In this document: one piece after another, positions 50,830 through 62,293 of the stretch
Position numbering within the stretch: position 1 is the stretch's first letter
Layout: each line of letters opens with the position of its first letter
Assembly (NCBI GenBank): GCA_973895155.1
Contig: OZ316897.1
Coordinates: forward strand, 18,799,011 to 18,863,010
Direction: 5' to 3'
Length of the DNA stretch: 64,000 nt
Source of the DNA: Marsupella aquatica
Taxonomy: Eukaryota; Plantae; Marchantiophyta
Program-made: the position numbers and the translations under genes
Notes under the pieces: model-generated
Told to the model about the DNA's origin: nothing
Databases searched by the model: none
Seen by the model: the letters and a program-made list of their open reading frames with translations, nothing else

Positions 50830-53800
50830 GCTAAAGATATACTGGCCCCTTGTCCCTGTAACCCTTTTTCAGTAACTGTCATATCTTTTTTTTCATTTTT
50901 TAATTGTAATTTATTGTACAACTATCTGAGTCAGTCCACTAGATATACTCCTGTCATTTTTTTTTCCATTTTTTAATTATAACTCATTGTACCACTATCT
51001 GCGTACTGACTGAACAGAGCAGCGGACTGACTGAACGGAGCGGAGCAGCGGAGCAGCAGAGGTGGACCAAGCGAAGGTGGGGCGTGACCGGGCGAGGAGC
51101 GGCGAAGCAGCGGAGTGTTTCGGGAGGCGTGGGGGTAATAATGAGGGTCCCCCGGCCCCTGGAGCGGAGGTCGTCAGCCTGGGCTGATGCTCCCGGCTCA
51201 GCCCTGCGCCCGGGAAGGGCAGCCCTGAGCCCGGGACGAGTGGCCCTGCGCCCGGGTTAGACGGCCCTGGGCCTGGGAAGGTCGCCCCCCCCCACCCCGG
51301 TTGGGTTGGGTTTCTTGGCGGCCCCGGTTGGGTAGGGTTTCTTGGCGGCCCGGTTTTCCTTTGCGGATTTGTGCTTGGCGGCCCCGGACCTGGTTTGGTT
51401 GGTGGGGCTGGGCCCCCACCATAGGCGGTACCCATTCGCACTCTGGCTCCATGCCTGCTGGGTTTTTTCGTTCGGTCATTGGAGGCGTTCCTTCGGGTTA
51501 CCAGGTTTCTGTGTTCAACGCGGCTTGCCATTACCGGGTTGAGGTTCTTTGCCTTGGACATCCATCCCTTGTTCCTTCGTTTCTGTTTTGGTTTTGCTCG
51601 TGTTTTCCGGTGTTGTTCTTGTACTCTTTTTTCATTGTTCCATTCATTTATTTTCTTTTCCTTTGCCCCCACCCATTATCCCAGCTTTTTCCCAGCTTTT
51701 TCCCATGGAACCCCTCTCCTATCCTAGTTCACCACCTACCACTCTTGTCCGTATGGCTTCACCATCTTCCACCCCTCGTTCAGCTCGCCGGTTCCGCCCC
51801 TCTTCCCCCCCCACTTCTCCTTCTGATTCTCGTGTCCAGTGTGATGCTTGTCACAATTGGTACCAACCATCTGGTCTGACTCGCCATCGTCGCTCATGTC
51901 CCGCTCTTCGTGCTTCCTCCTCCTCTATGCTTCCCCCTGCCCCCCTTCCCCCTCCCCCGTCTGCCCCCCCCCTTCTTCCTGGGATTGGCTGGCTCACCTG
52001 GATGTCCTTGCGGCTCTTTATCCCGGTTTTTGGCATCCTCGATTGTATACCCGGATTCCTGTGCCCTTGCGGCCCCTACTTCGGCAGGCCTTTCGTCTTC
52101 CTTTTGACCGGCTGGCGCGTGACCCCACTGATGTCGATGCCTGGTCCCTACTCCTCTTGCTTCCTCATTGGGTGTTGACTCTCCCTCCTCGTGGGGGCCC
52201 GGCCGGGCATAGGGAGACCATTGCCACGTTGCAATGGTTTTTGTCGGGGGATTGGGTTTTGCTTCAGGAGGAGTTCTATCACCGGCTTCTTGCATGGCCC
52301 ATAGGGCCTCTGAGTTTGAGGAGGAACCTCTGGTCCCTCCTGTACAGTGCTGCCTTCGCCGATGCCTTTTGTTGGGACAGGAGGGGGAGTTCTCTCGGGC
52401 CGCACGTTCCTTGGTTCCCCTTTCCCCCTCTCCTCCTTTGGTTGAGACGGTTGCGGCCCTTCGGTCCCTTCATCCCCCGGCTTCTTGCGCGGTTCTAGGT
52501 TTCATTGGAAGCTTCTCTCCGGAGGTTGAGTTCTCCCTTTCTTGCGAGATTTTTTCCTCTGTCTTCCTTCATTTGCCCCGTCTTTCCGCTGGGGGCATCT
52601 CTGGGATGAGGTTTGAGCACCTCAGGGACTACTTCTCCCCCGATGACTCGACGTCGGGTTTCCCGGAGTTGTTCCAGGTGTGTGCTCATGTTGCAGGTGG
52701 CCGCATTCCGCCTATTGTCGCTCGGCTCTTGGGGGCATGTCGGGTCATGGCTTTGGCCAAGGAGACGGGTGGTGTTTGACCCCTGGCCATTGGGGAGGTC
52801 CTGTATCGTTTGGTTAGCCGCTGCATTTGTTTACAGATGAGGGCCCCGTTTGCTTCACACTTCTTCCCCCACCAGTTCGGCGTGGCCACCCCGGGCGGTT
52901 GTGAGAGCGTGGTACATGGCTTGCGTGCCGTTTTGGACCTCCACCCTGATTGGGGGGTCATCCAGGTGGATGTTGCCAATGCCTTCAACTCTGTCTCCCG
53001 TCGTGTGATTTTTGAGGAGCTTTGGGATGCTGGGGGGAGATTGCATCCCTCATCCCTTTTGCTCGGGATTTTTATGGGACCCCTGCCCCCTTGGTCTACT
53101 CTGACCATCTGGCGTCTGGGACATACTCCACCATTATGTCAGGGTCCGGCACTCGGCAGGGGGATCCCCTTGGTGGTGCGTTGTTTGCCTTGGCTCATCT
53201 TCGGGCCATCCGAGCATCTTCCGGTGCCTTTCCAGGTTGCTTGTTCCCCTCTGTTGCTGACAATACTCACATTGTTGCTCCTGCTTTGCTCCTTGGAGAT
53301 GCCTATATCCATATTGGTCAGAAGCTTGCCATTATTGGTTTGTCAGTACAGCCTAGGAAGTGTGGGGTCTGGTCCCGTCTTCCTCTCCCAGACTCATTCT
53401 CCCCCCTCTTGATATCCCCATTAGACATGATGACATTCGGGTCCTTGGGGTGCCGTTTGGGGGCGCCTTTGAGCAGGAGTTTCTACAGTCTGCCTTGGAC
53501 CAGGATGTTTCGCACCTTGACCAGCTGGTGGCCTTGGGGGATGTCCAGATTGCCTTCTTGATTATGGTTTTGTGTTTTGTTCGCCGACCATCATACCTTC
53601 TGCGGACGGTCCCCCCCACCCCAGCGTTTTTGTCCTTGCTCTCTTCCTTTGACACCACCGTGATGCGGGTCTTTGGTCACCTCATCGGTCCTGGAGCCCT
53701 TGATGGAGAGGATGGTTCTTTTGCGGCTAGTCAGGCGTCTCTGCCCCCATCGGGAGGTGGTTTGGGGGTGTCCTCGATTGTGGTTGCTGCTCCTTGTGCG

Positions 53801-54575
53801 TTTCTTGGTAGCTGGGCGTAGGTGGCCCCCGCCTTGGTGTCACGTTTCATTGTGGACCTTCGGCCTATCCTCGCTGACTCAGTCATGGGAGTGGAGAACG
53901 GAGCTCTCCCTTTTCAGGTCCAGCTTCGTCATGCCCGGTCCTTATTACCAGAGGATGTGCAGAGCGTGGTCCTTGCTTTTGAGGGAGTTCTTTTGGATAG
54001 TCCCGACCGAGTTCAACAGGTGATCTCTGATCGCATGCACTGATTCACCCTTTCTAGCATGCTTTCCGAAGCACCCTCTGACTTGGTTTGAGCGTGTCTT
54101 TTATCCGGTTCGGGCGTTGGTTCGGGGGCTTGGTTATCTGCGAGCCCATTGTGGGCCCCCTTTCGTATGAGTTCTTTTATCTTTACCACTTCCATGCGCC
54201 TCCGACTTGGTCTTCCCCACCCATGCCTCCTTGGGCAACCCACATGCGTTTGTGGAGCGCCCTTGGATAGGGGGGGAATCCATATCCGACGATGTGGTCA
54301 TGGTAGTGAGCGGACGACAACACACGATAACATCCGGGATGTGGTAGCCGCCATCGCTCGTGATTCCGGGTATCATGTTATGATGGAGCAACGACATGTG
54401 TTACCACCCTGGGATGGAGTACTGGACAGGCGTCGGGCCGATTTGGTTTTCTCTCGCGCTGGTGTTCGTGCCCTTGGGGATGTGGTTGTTGCTGACCCCA
54501 AGAGTGGAGCCAGTTTGGCGTCCTCTGCCCACATCCCTGGTCATGCTACCACGAGGGCTGCTTGCCTCAAGGAGG
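50830..54575 (+). mobile_element. Decayed CRE-clade non-LTR retrotransposon (Zn finger, RT, CCHC, restriction-like endonuclease), 3' part interrupted
   Basis: CDAC...HRRSC finger. RT motifs GGV*PLAIGEVLYRL, HQFGVATPGGCE, QVDVANAFNSVSR, SGTRQGDPLG, SVADNTHI, VLGVPFG, LPPSGGGLG. CVCG...HIRRC...HDNIRD and E...RADL...GDVVVADP. Many stops and frameshifts. The 5' boundary is approximate. Confidence 0.82.
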
Positions 54576-57059
54576 AGATCACTATATTCATTAAAACTGA
54601 AATTATAAAGGATATAGGGAAATTTGGCGATTTAAAAACATAGTTTTAGGCATGAAAATTGTAAATTTGGAAGATGAAAAATGAAAATCCAAGCATCATT
54701 AAATGTAAATTTGGTACCAAAACAATGAAATTTTGGGAAAGTAAAATATTAAATTGGATGATATTAAAAAACATTTGGGTGATAAAAGTGTTCATTTGGT
54801 TGGAAAATAGATAGAATCTAGTAATAACATATAAGTTTGGATAGCATCTATATTCAAAACATTTAGCTTGAGTAAGATATCTAACTAAGCACCAATACAA
54901 TGGAATGACTATACTGTCTAGACAAAGTTAACTAGGATGATATCCAACCTACTAGAAGGAATGAAATGGCATCATTTTCTAGAATTAAAATATACTAAGA
55001 CAAATAAAATAATAATTATAAGAAAGTCCATTCAATAACTTTGAGAGATCATAGAGTATTAATTTGATTGTCTTGTTCTCTCACTTTAGACAAACGCATG
55101 GAAATCAACTCGACCCTCTTAATCACAAGTCATTTGAGTGGAGACTTGTAACCTATGAGTTCTATCAATCTACTCATCAATTATACCTTCCATGTAAATA
55201 TTGAGAGTTTTCAAAACATTCTTAGGAATTGTCAAACCTCTATCCATAACATTTTGTTCTTTAGCACTTGACTTAAACCCATACATTGCAGAATTTGCAA
55301 ACTGCCAACTTTGAGTAACATTGTCAAACCCAGGATCCAGCTCCCAAGTCTTAGTGGTTTGAAAGCAACGTTCATATCGAACATCATCCTTTGCATCATG
55401 CTTACCATGTTTAGGCCTCCACCATTGTACTTGGAACATAGGAGCATTCCTAAGAGGAATGCTTTCAACAAACATTGAAGAAGACCCTTCAATATGTTGC
55501 AAATCTGTTGAGGGAACCTCATGGTTTGGATCCACACCACCCAAAGCTCGAACCAACCAGAAACGCCCTTTGCCATTTTCCTGTTCCCATTCATCCTCTG
55601 GACGTAAAAATACAAAGTGACCTTCTTGAATATCTTGTAGAGGAATCCAACGTGCAGGTTCTCGCTCTTGTCGTGCACCAACAAAGGGTGCAGCTTGATC
55701 TTCCATCTCTTCCATGTACTCATTTTGAAGGTCCATCATCTCTGGATTTTGAGAAGGTTCACTTGACGGCTGAGATGTCCCTAAAAGCATCTTGTAACCT
55801 GTGCCATGGTTAGTCTTTGGCCAAAAATCAGTTGTCAATGGCAATTGTCTTTCCCCCTCCCCTTCTATTGTAAGTTCCTCGGACAGTGCTTGCACAAGAT
55901 TCTCCCAATATTTGACCAAAGGAAATCTCTCTTTATATGCTGCAGAGGTCTCATCCTTACAACTTTTCTTCAAGAAATCAATATAGCGATTAAGGATTGG
56001 GATGATTTCTCCAGCCTTCTTTTGTACATCCCCAGATATAGGTTTTGCAAATGGTTGGCCTTCCGGTAAAATGAGCGCATTTGTGATGGGATCAGTTCTC
56101 CCAATGGACCTCCCCATTGCCGGAAGCCAAGGTTGCTTGACATGTGCTTTATATTGATACACTGGCACATTATCCCTCATGGAGAAAAGAAATGCCACTG
56201 GTTTTGAGCCCAGTTTTGAGTGACCTTCCATCTCTTTCACCTGGAAAGTTTTCAAATACTCCTTGTAAGACGCAACCTCTTGAATCAATCGTGGTACAGG
56301 ATGAATGCTTTCACACTCCCAAACCTCAGCCATCAACCCAAGAGGGTAGCAACCTCTTTGTATTTGACCTGTTTGGATACTTGAGAAAATAATGCATCCA
56401 CGTCTTCATGGGGGTGGCCAACCATGAGGAATGACATTTGCACAGTTTCAAACACGCCCTGCTAACAAGCTCAGTGCAAAATGCCATCACATATTGATTT
56501 TTGTTATCTTTCCCTGAATTGTCTATTTGCAATGTTAGGTGCCTTGGTAAGGGCTTGAAAGAGCCCCTAGTAGTCTCAGGATCATCCTTAGAACCAACAT
56601 CCACTGTGCTTGACTTTTTAGTCTCCTGACCATCTTCAATGCCTTGAAATCGAACAATTGAAACATTTTTGGGTTCCAAGTAACCGGCCAGAAATGCTTC
56701 AAAGTCTAGAAGGGACTGAAATATTGGCCTAGTTGCATTCCAATTCAATCCCTCAAGAAGGTCTTCAGTTTTGTCTCCTGTGTAATCTTCCAAATCTCGG
56801 AGGCATTTGGCCAAAGATGTCACGGTAAAGTTTGCATCTCCAGGCCAAAGTCCAGTCAAACTGAAATGTGCATACACTCCAGGATCTCTTCCATGGGTTA
56901 ACATCCCAGTAAGAGCAATAGGCAAAGGCTGACCACTACCAGAGAAGGATTTTGGAGTGGGGACCAACTGGGGATCCAAGTCTTGGCTTGATCCATCTTA
57001 TCATGAATAATGCAAAAATAGTTTTGAGGATCCTTCTTTGCAAGAACCCTATGAACATA
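54576..57059 (-). mobile_element. DNA transposon with Sola-like (DUF7869-type) DDE transposase pseudogene, interrupted at 57059
   Basis: Terminus AGATCACTATATTCATTAAAACTG cuts the CRE ORF. Minus-strand coding ~55170-57059 has IIHDKMDQAKT, LTLQIDNSGKDNKNQYV and, after a frameshift, MSFLMVGHPHEDVDALFS. Superfamily assigned by motif recall. Confidence 0.65.
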
Positions 57060-58211
57060 CACTAGTAGAAAACAATGTATTTTATGACCGAAACAATGAC
57101 TATTAATCAGGTCTTTTTAACAAAACAATAACGCAATCGTTCTCGTCTTTCCAGACGCGTCACAACGGACATTTTGGTCACCGTCCTTTTGGACAAATGA
57201 CGCTAAAAACATGTGGTCATTTCATACTATCCTAAATGACCATTTTTATGATATGGTCATAAATGTTGAACGGTCCAAAATGACGACACAAATCACCATC
57301 GACGGTCAATTGCCGTTGACCGTCGATGGTCCCCGTACCCAATCACACAACGACACATGGCAATCAAAAAACAAATAACATTGGTCATTTTGGACTTGTC
57401 CAAAATGACGTACATTATATAACAAATCAAATAGTGACACGTGGTTTAAAGAGGATTCACCATTTGGCAATATATTGGGTCATTTTGGACATGTCCAAAT
57501 GACTACGGTATAAACAAGTCCTATTGAGACACGTGGTTCAATTGGGAGAAGACACGTAAATATACACATTAGTCATTAATGACATGTCTTGAATGACATA
57601 AAGTGAGTCATAGTGGACTTGTTTATAATGACCATGAGAAAGGTCATTGTATATGTCATTCTTTGAATCATTTAGTCTATGTCTTTAATGACCAGAGTTG
57701 AGTCATATTGGTCACAAAGATAGTTGTGGATAATGACCATTACATCAGTCATTCTAGCTAGTCATTCAGTCATTCTAGCCAGTCATTCAGACGAAGTATT
57801 CAATGATTTGGAGAAATTCAAATTTAAGTGATCATGATAGATAAAACTTCATGTCAATCAAAAATCATACATTACAAAGCCATTCAATAGATTTGCTGAA
57901 TGAAAACTTAAAGCAACATTCGATATATATCACAAATCCAATTGATATTCATACAAGATACCTTCATAAGTCTCACGATAAATATTGAACTCAATGCAAA
58001 TTTATGAAACAAAATTACATTGACATCAATAATATTAGATTGTCAATTGTTACAACCTGACATACCAATCACTCTGCATGTTTATAGAAAAACAGAGCTG
58101 TCATTCTATCATGTCTATTGTTTCTTGACAGAGTGCTATTTCTATTGCTTCTTAAGCAATCTAGAGTTCCATAGGGCATTCATCCCTTTCACATCAGATA
58201 ATTTAGACTGG

Positions 58212-60567
58212 TGTCACGCAATTGACATGGGTCTTAACACCAAAAACGTCACTATGGGTGCCAAAACCATCTCCTTGTACCTGAGGATCACGAAGGGATG
58301 TTGTGAATGCCGGTAAACACCAGTTTATGCCCTTAACACCAGACTATCATAGCAAGACTCTATCACACATCACCCAAGCTCAATCCCAAGGAACCAAGGT
58401 TGGGGATCAGATCTGCGCTCATGATAGTTCTGGTGAGAAGGGGTCTTCATATCGGGCCCGTACACACAGGGCCTAGCGCTACGGTGCGCATAGGTCTATA
58501 CATATGCTTACTGTCATAGGTATGTTTCTATTCTGCCGCCGGAATGTACCCATAAACCAGTGACTCCTGACTGATTCCCGGCTTAGGGACTTCTAAGCCA
58601 TTGCCCCACCACTCTGCCATTCCACTCTCAACAATCAGAGCTATGACAGTCCTCACCCAGCCCGCTTCAATGCACCCGGTACACCTCTCAGTGGCGCTGC
58701 TAGTTCCATCATACACTCAGATTGCCTCACACACACACACATCCATGAGAGAAATGAGGCCTGAGAGGAAAACTCAATTAGATTCAAAGATGTGCACAAT
58801 AGTTCACTGAGAACACTTGATCCGAACACTAGGGCCGAAGGCTGTCTCCTCCAGATTGTGACGTGCTTGCCCTGCAAGCCCCGTGCTTGCCATGCAAGCT
58901 CAATCCTGAACTCAACCTCCTTCACTACACTTCATTCTTGGGGGCACATACAGATCTCACACCTCCAATTCAGAACGTCAAGTTACGCATGCATAGTTGA
59001 CTCGACTTCAAAGCTGGTACCAGGCCTAACGGCGATCTATCCCAGACTGCAATGAGGCCCGGCCTCACGCTTGCCCTGCAAGCTCAGCTCTGGCCATAGA
59101 TCCCTTAGTGCTCTCCACCAGACAAAGGCCGGGACTCCCCATGGATCACGTAGCCTTGCCAGACTGAACTGTAAATGCTCCTCCTACTGCCCCTTAATCA
59201 GTACCTCAGCCTCCCTAATGTGCCCACCGCAAATCGAATTGAAATCCTCCCCACAGTTTACAATCACCAATACATCACCTATCACCAAGGCTCTGTATCG
59301 GGGGAAAAGAACCCAGTTGTGCTGCCCACTAGAAAGAGCCACAATCCAGCTCGCAAACCTAGCAACCCGTTGTTGTGAAGCTTGGCTGATTACTCCCTGA
59401 GTAATAGCACAACCAAGCTCTCCCCAACACGCAGCGTCCAAGTCCAGCCTTGCTTGCACAGAGCTCCTCCCCGCTACTCAGTCTAAGTGAGATCACACAA
59501 TTGAAGTCCCCCCCTGCCTCTACCGGAGGGATGCTCTATATACTCTCTCATACTGAGCCCAAATGGGTGGATACTATGCTGCTGGAGCCCCATCCTAGCC
59601 CTAACAGAGCCGCCACTATCTCTAACTACTGAACCCTAACTCGCAACTTTATTTCTATCTCGAATTGGCTATGTACTTCGGATTCGGCCCTCCTCCATGG
59701 TTTTCGCGAGCTTGCGCCTCCTCTCCCGATTTCTCTATTTAACCATTTTCTGCGTGGATAGCAGCGTTGGAAGCGGCTTGAGCTCCTCTTTCCAACGAGG
59801 TCAATTATAGCCGATTTGATCAAATACACAGAGAGTTATGCCCCCGCAACCGAGAGGGGGTACTCACTGCTGCGCTAACCCGAGTTTGGCTAACCTAGCT
59901 ATCCTATCTAACCCGAGTAGAGCTAACCCGTGGTCTCGGGTTAGGCCGCTACCCGCTATCCGCTATCCGCTAACCTAGCCTAAGCTGAGCCCGAATCCGA
60001 GCTTACCTATGCTAACCTGAGGCCGCGCTGACCTGAGCTAAGCTGAAGCCGTGTTGACCTGAGCTAAGCTGAAGCCGTGCTGACCTGAGCTAAGCTGAAG
60101 CCGTTCTTACCTGAGATAAGCTGAAGCCGTGCTTACCTAAGCTAAGCTGAAGCCGTGCTGACCTGAGCTAAGCTGAAGCCGTGCTCACATAAGCTAAGCC
60201 GTGGTCGAACTTGGGTTAACCCGAAACTGAAGCCGAATCCGCTAATTCCGGCCACAAGTTAACCCGTCACACTAATCAGGCCGTATCTTTCTTAATACAC
60301 CTCCGTTTCCCGAGTGTTTTATATCGATTTTACTCGCCTTGACCAGATCTTTCCAATGCTCTTTACAGATCCGGATTTGGTGACATATTGAAAGAGATAT
60401 GGTCACCGACCACCTGCGATATAGCTTTTATTTCCCTACTCTTAACGCCATGATTGCCCTTATTCTTGCCATCTTGCTAATTGTTATGCAATATCAATAG
60501 CTACTCCTTGCATACAGCAACCTACTTAATCAGATTACAAAATAAGGACCATGTCATTGGCGTCACA
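58212..60567. mobile_element. Solo LTR (2356 bp) with 5-bp TSD ACTGG
   Basis: TG...CA ends with ~25-bp imperfect inverted repeats (TGTCACGCAATTGACATGGGTCTTA / TGTGACGCCAATGACATGGTCCTTA). ACTGG at 58207-58211 and 60568-60572. No retroviral coding domains inside. Confidence 0.88.
60030..60200. repeat. 26-bp tandem array (GACCTGAGCTAAGCTGAAGCCGTGCT, ~6.5 copies) inside the solo LTR
   Basis: Units start at 60030, 60056, 60082, 60108, 60134, 60160 and 60186 (partial). Confidence 0.92.
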
Positions 60568-62293
60568 ACTGGTTCTCCCCTGAATTGGCAAATGGCAATG
60601 CCACATCTACAAACACTTCAATCACACGCACTCGCAAGAAAGGGCTTTCAAAATCTGCACAATGAAACTTATCTTCTCCTGGCAGCCCTGTCACCTCACC
60701 TTCTGCCACTATCATGGAATTGTCCACAACGCTCTTCATCTTCACCAAATCTCCTCTTGCAAACTGTGAACAACGCATTTTGTTAAAAATGCAATAAACA
60801 GAAATTGAAAGATAGAAGAACACTCAAATCAAACACACATTTACCTTTGCAACGGGGTTAGGAGACTGCATTGGTTTCTTCTGTGCAGGTGATGCATTTG
60901 CTGAGGATCCTTTCTTCCTTTTCTTCTTTCCCTTTCTAGTTGATGGAGTGTCATCCTGCTCACTTGGAATGGGAGTTTCTTTTGGCAACTCAGATGATTC
61001 TGGGGTTACATTTGGTGTCAACTGAGTCGACTTATCCTCTGGCAACTGAAAGGCATCTGAAATGGCTTCTTTGGGCAACTTAGATGGCAAAAGGTTCACT
61101 TCCAATTCAGTTTGCTTTAGAGTACTGTTAGCTATGTCAGTTGGTCTTCCCTGCGACACAGGAGGATCCCCTAAAGATGCTGTCATAAAACATACACAAA
61201 AGAAATGCATAAACAAACATGTATACACCAGCAACATATAATCACACTAAAAACATGCAAGAACATTATAAACATGCAATGACATATACACATCACAATA
61301 ATTACATTGAATGGACAGTGTATACATGATAGAGAATTTTACCTTCATTATTGCCTGAAAAAGTAAGAGATTGCTTTCTACTACCTTGTTTGGAAGTTGT
61401 AGTCAACTTACTGTGACTAGGCACAACTGTTGGAACTTGTACATTACTAGTGTGATGTGCCATCCACGTAGTCATCATGTTTGTCAACTCCCTCACAGTG
61501 CCTTTCAACTCAGCGACATCCAATTTCACAGCCCCAATGGCAGTGATCTCTTGTTTTGAATGTGGGGTCTATAAATGAACCACAAACCAACACAACATTC
61601 TCACTGTCAAACTTACAAACGACACAACACTCTGTCAAATGGAGAATGATGTACAAATCAAATTGGTATGACAATACTCACAGCTGATCCATGTCTGTAT
61701 CCTTGCCCCAGTAAGCTAGCACTTTTACCCTCCCCACTTGCCAATGATGGGCTCACCTTTGCTCCCACAAAACTACCAGTCTGACCTTCTGCACTTGCCA
61801 ATGATGGGCTCATTGTCACCTTTGGCAATGAACCCTGACTACCATGGTTTTCTTTCAGGTCAGATATACCTGGGCTTGATCCTCTCTTCTGCTTCTGTTC
61901 AAACACACAATGAATGAGAAATCACAGAGTCTGTTTTCATCAAGATTCACAAACAAGACAGAATTGATAGTGAAAATGATAGACAATTTACCATTCTCTT
62001 TGCTGCTGCAGCATGCCCTCCCCTTCCAAAGTGAGAGGTATCTTGCACTCGTGCTCTTTTATCAGTCATCTGTTTACTCAAAGATATCAATGCTGGATTG
62101 GTAAAATGAGATACCAAAGCTGCCCATTTCTTTGGATCAACACCAGATGGCCCAGGTTTGGTTGGATCCTCATTGCAAACTTTCTTCCAGTAAACATGCA
62201 TTTTATGGCGCTCTCTCTTCAATATGCCACGACAATGACTCTGGAATTTGGTGTTAATAAATTCCCCACCCACATACTCCCACTCAGCTGCCA

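Larger units (their letters stand above)
58142..62293 (-). pseudogene. CACTA TnpA/Ptta-like accessory gene, multi-exon, disrupted by two insertions
   Basis: GPSGVDPKKWAALVSHF...SKQMTDKRARVQDTSHFGRGG (Ptta/En-Spm-like). Last exon IVAEGEV...FHC...RVRVIEV..DVALPF..GENQ|SKLSDVKGMNALW...KKQ* rejoins in frame across the solo LTR. Confidence 0.75.

Noticed and set aside
50995-51879. Pro/Gly-rich ORFs of 192-225 aa on both strands
   Set aside because: By-products of the GC-rich, repetitive CRE 5' region.
54580-54600. CACTA pentamer as a second CACTA terminus
   Set aside because: It lacks CACTA-type subterminal repeats, matches the MITE TIR at 17004 instead, and the linked transposase is not TnpD-like.
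60030-60200. 26-bp array as CRISPR or iterons
   Set aside because: Head-to-tail with no spacers, inside a solo LTR.
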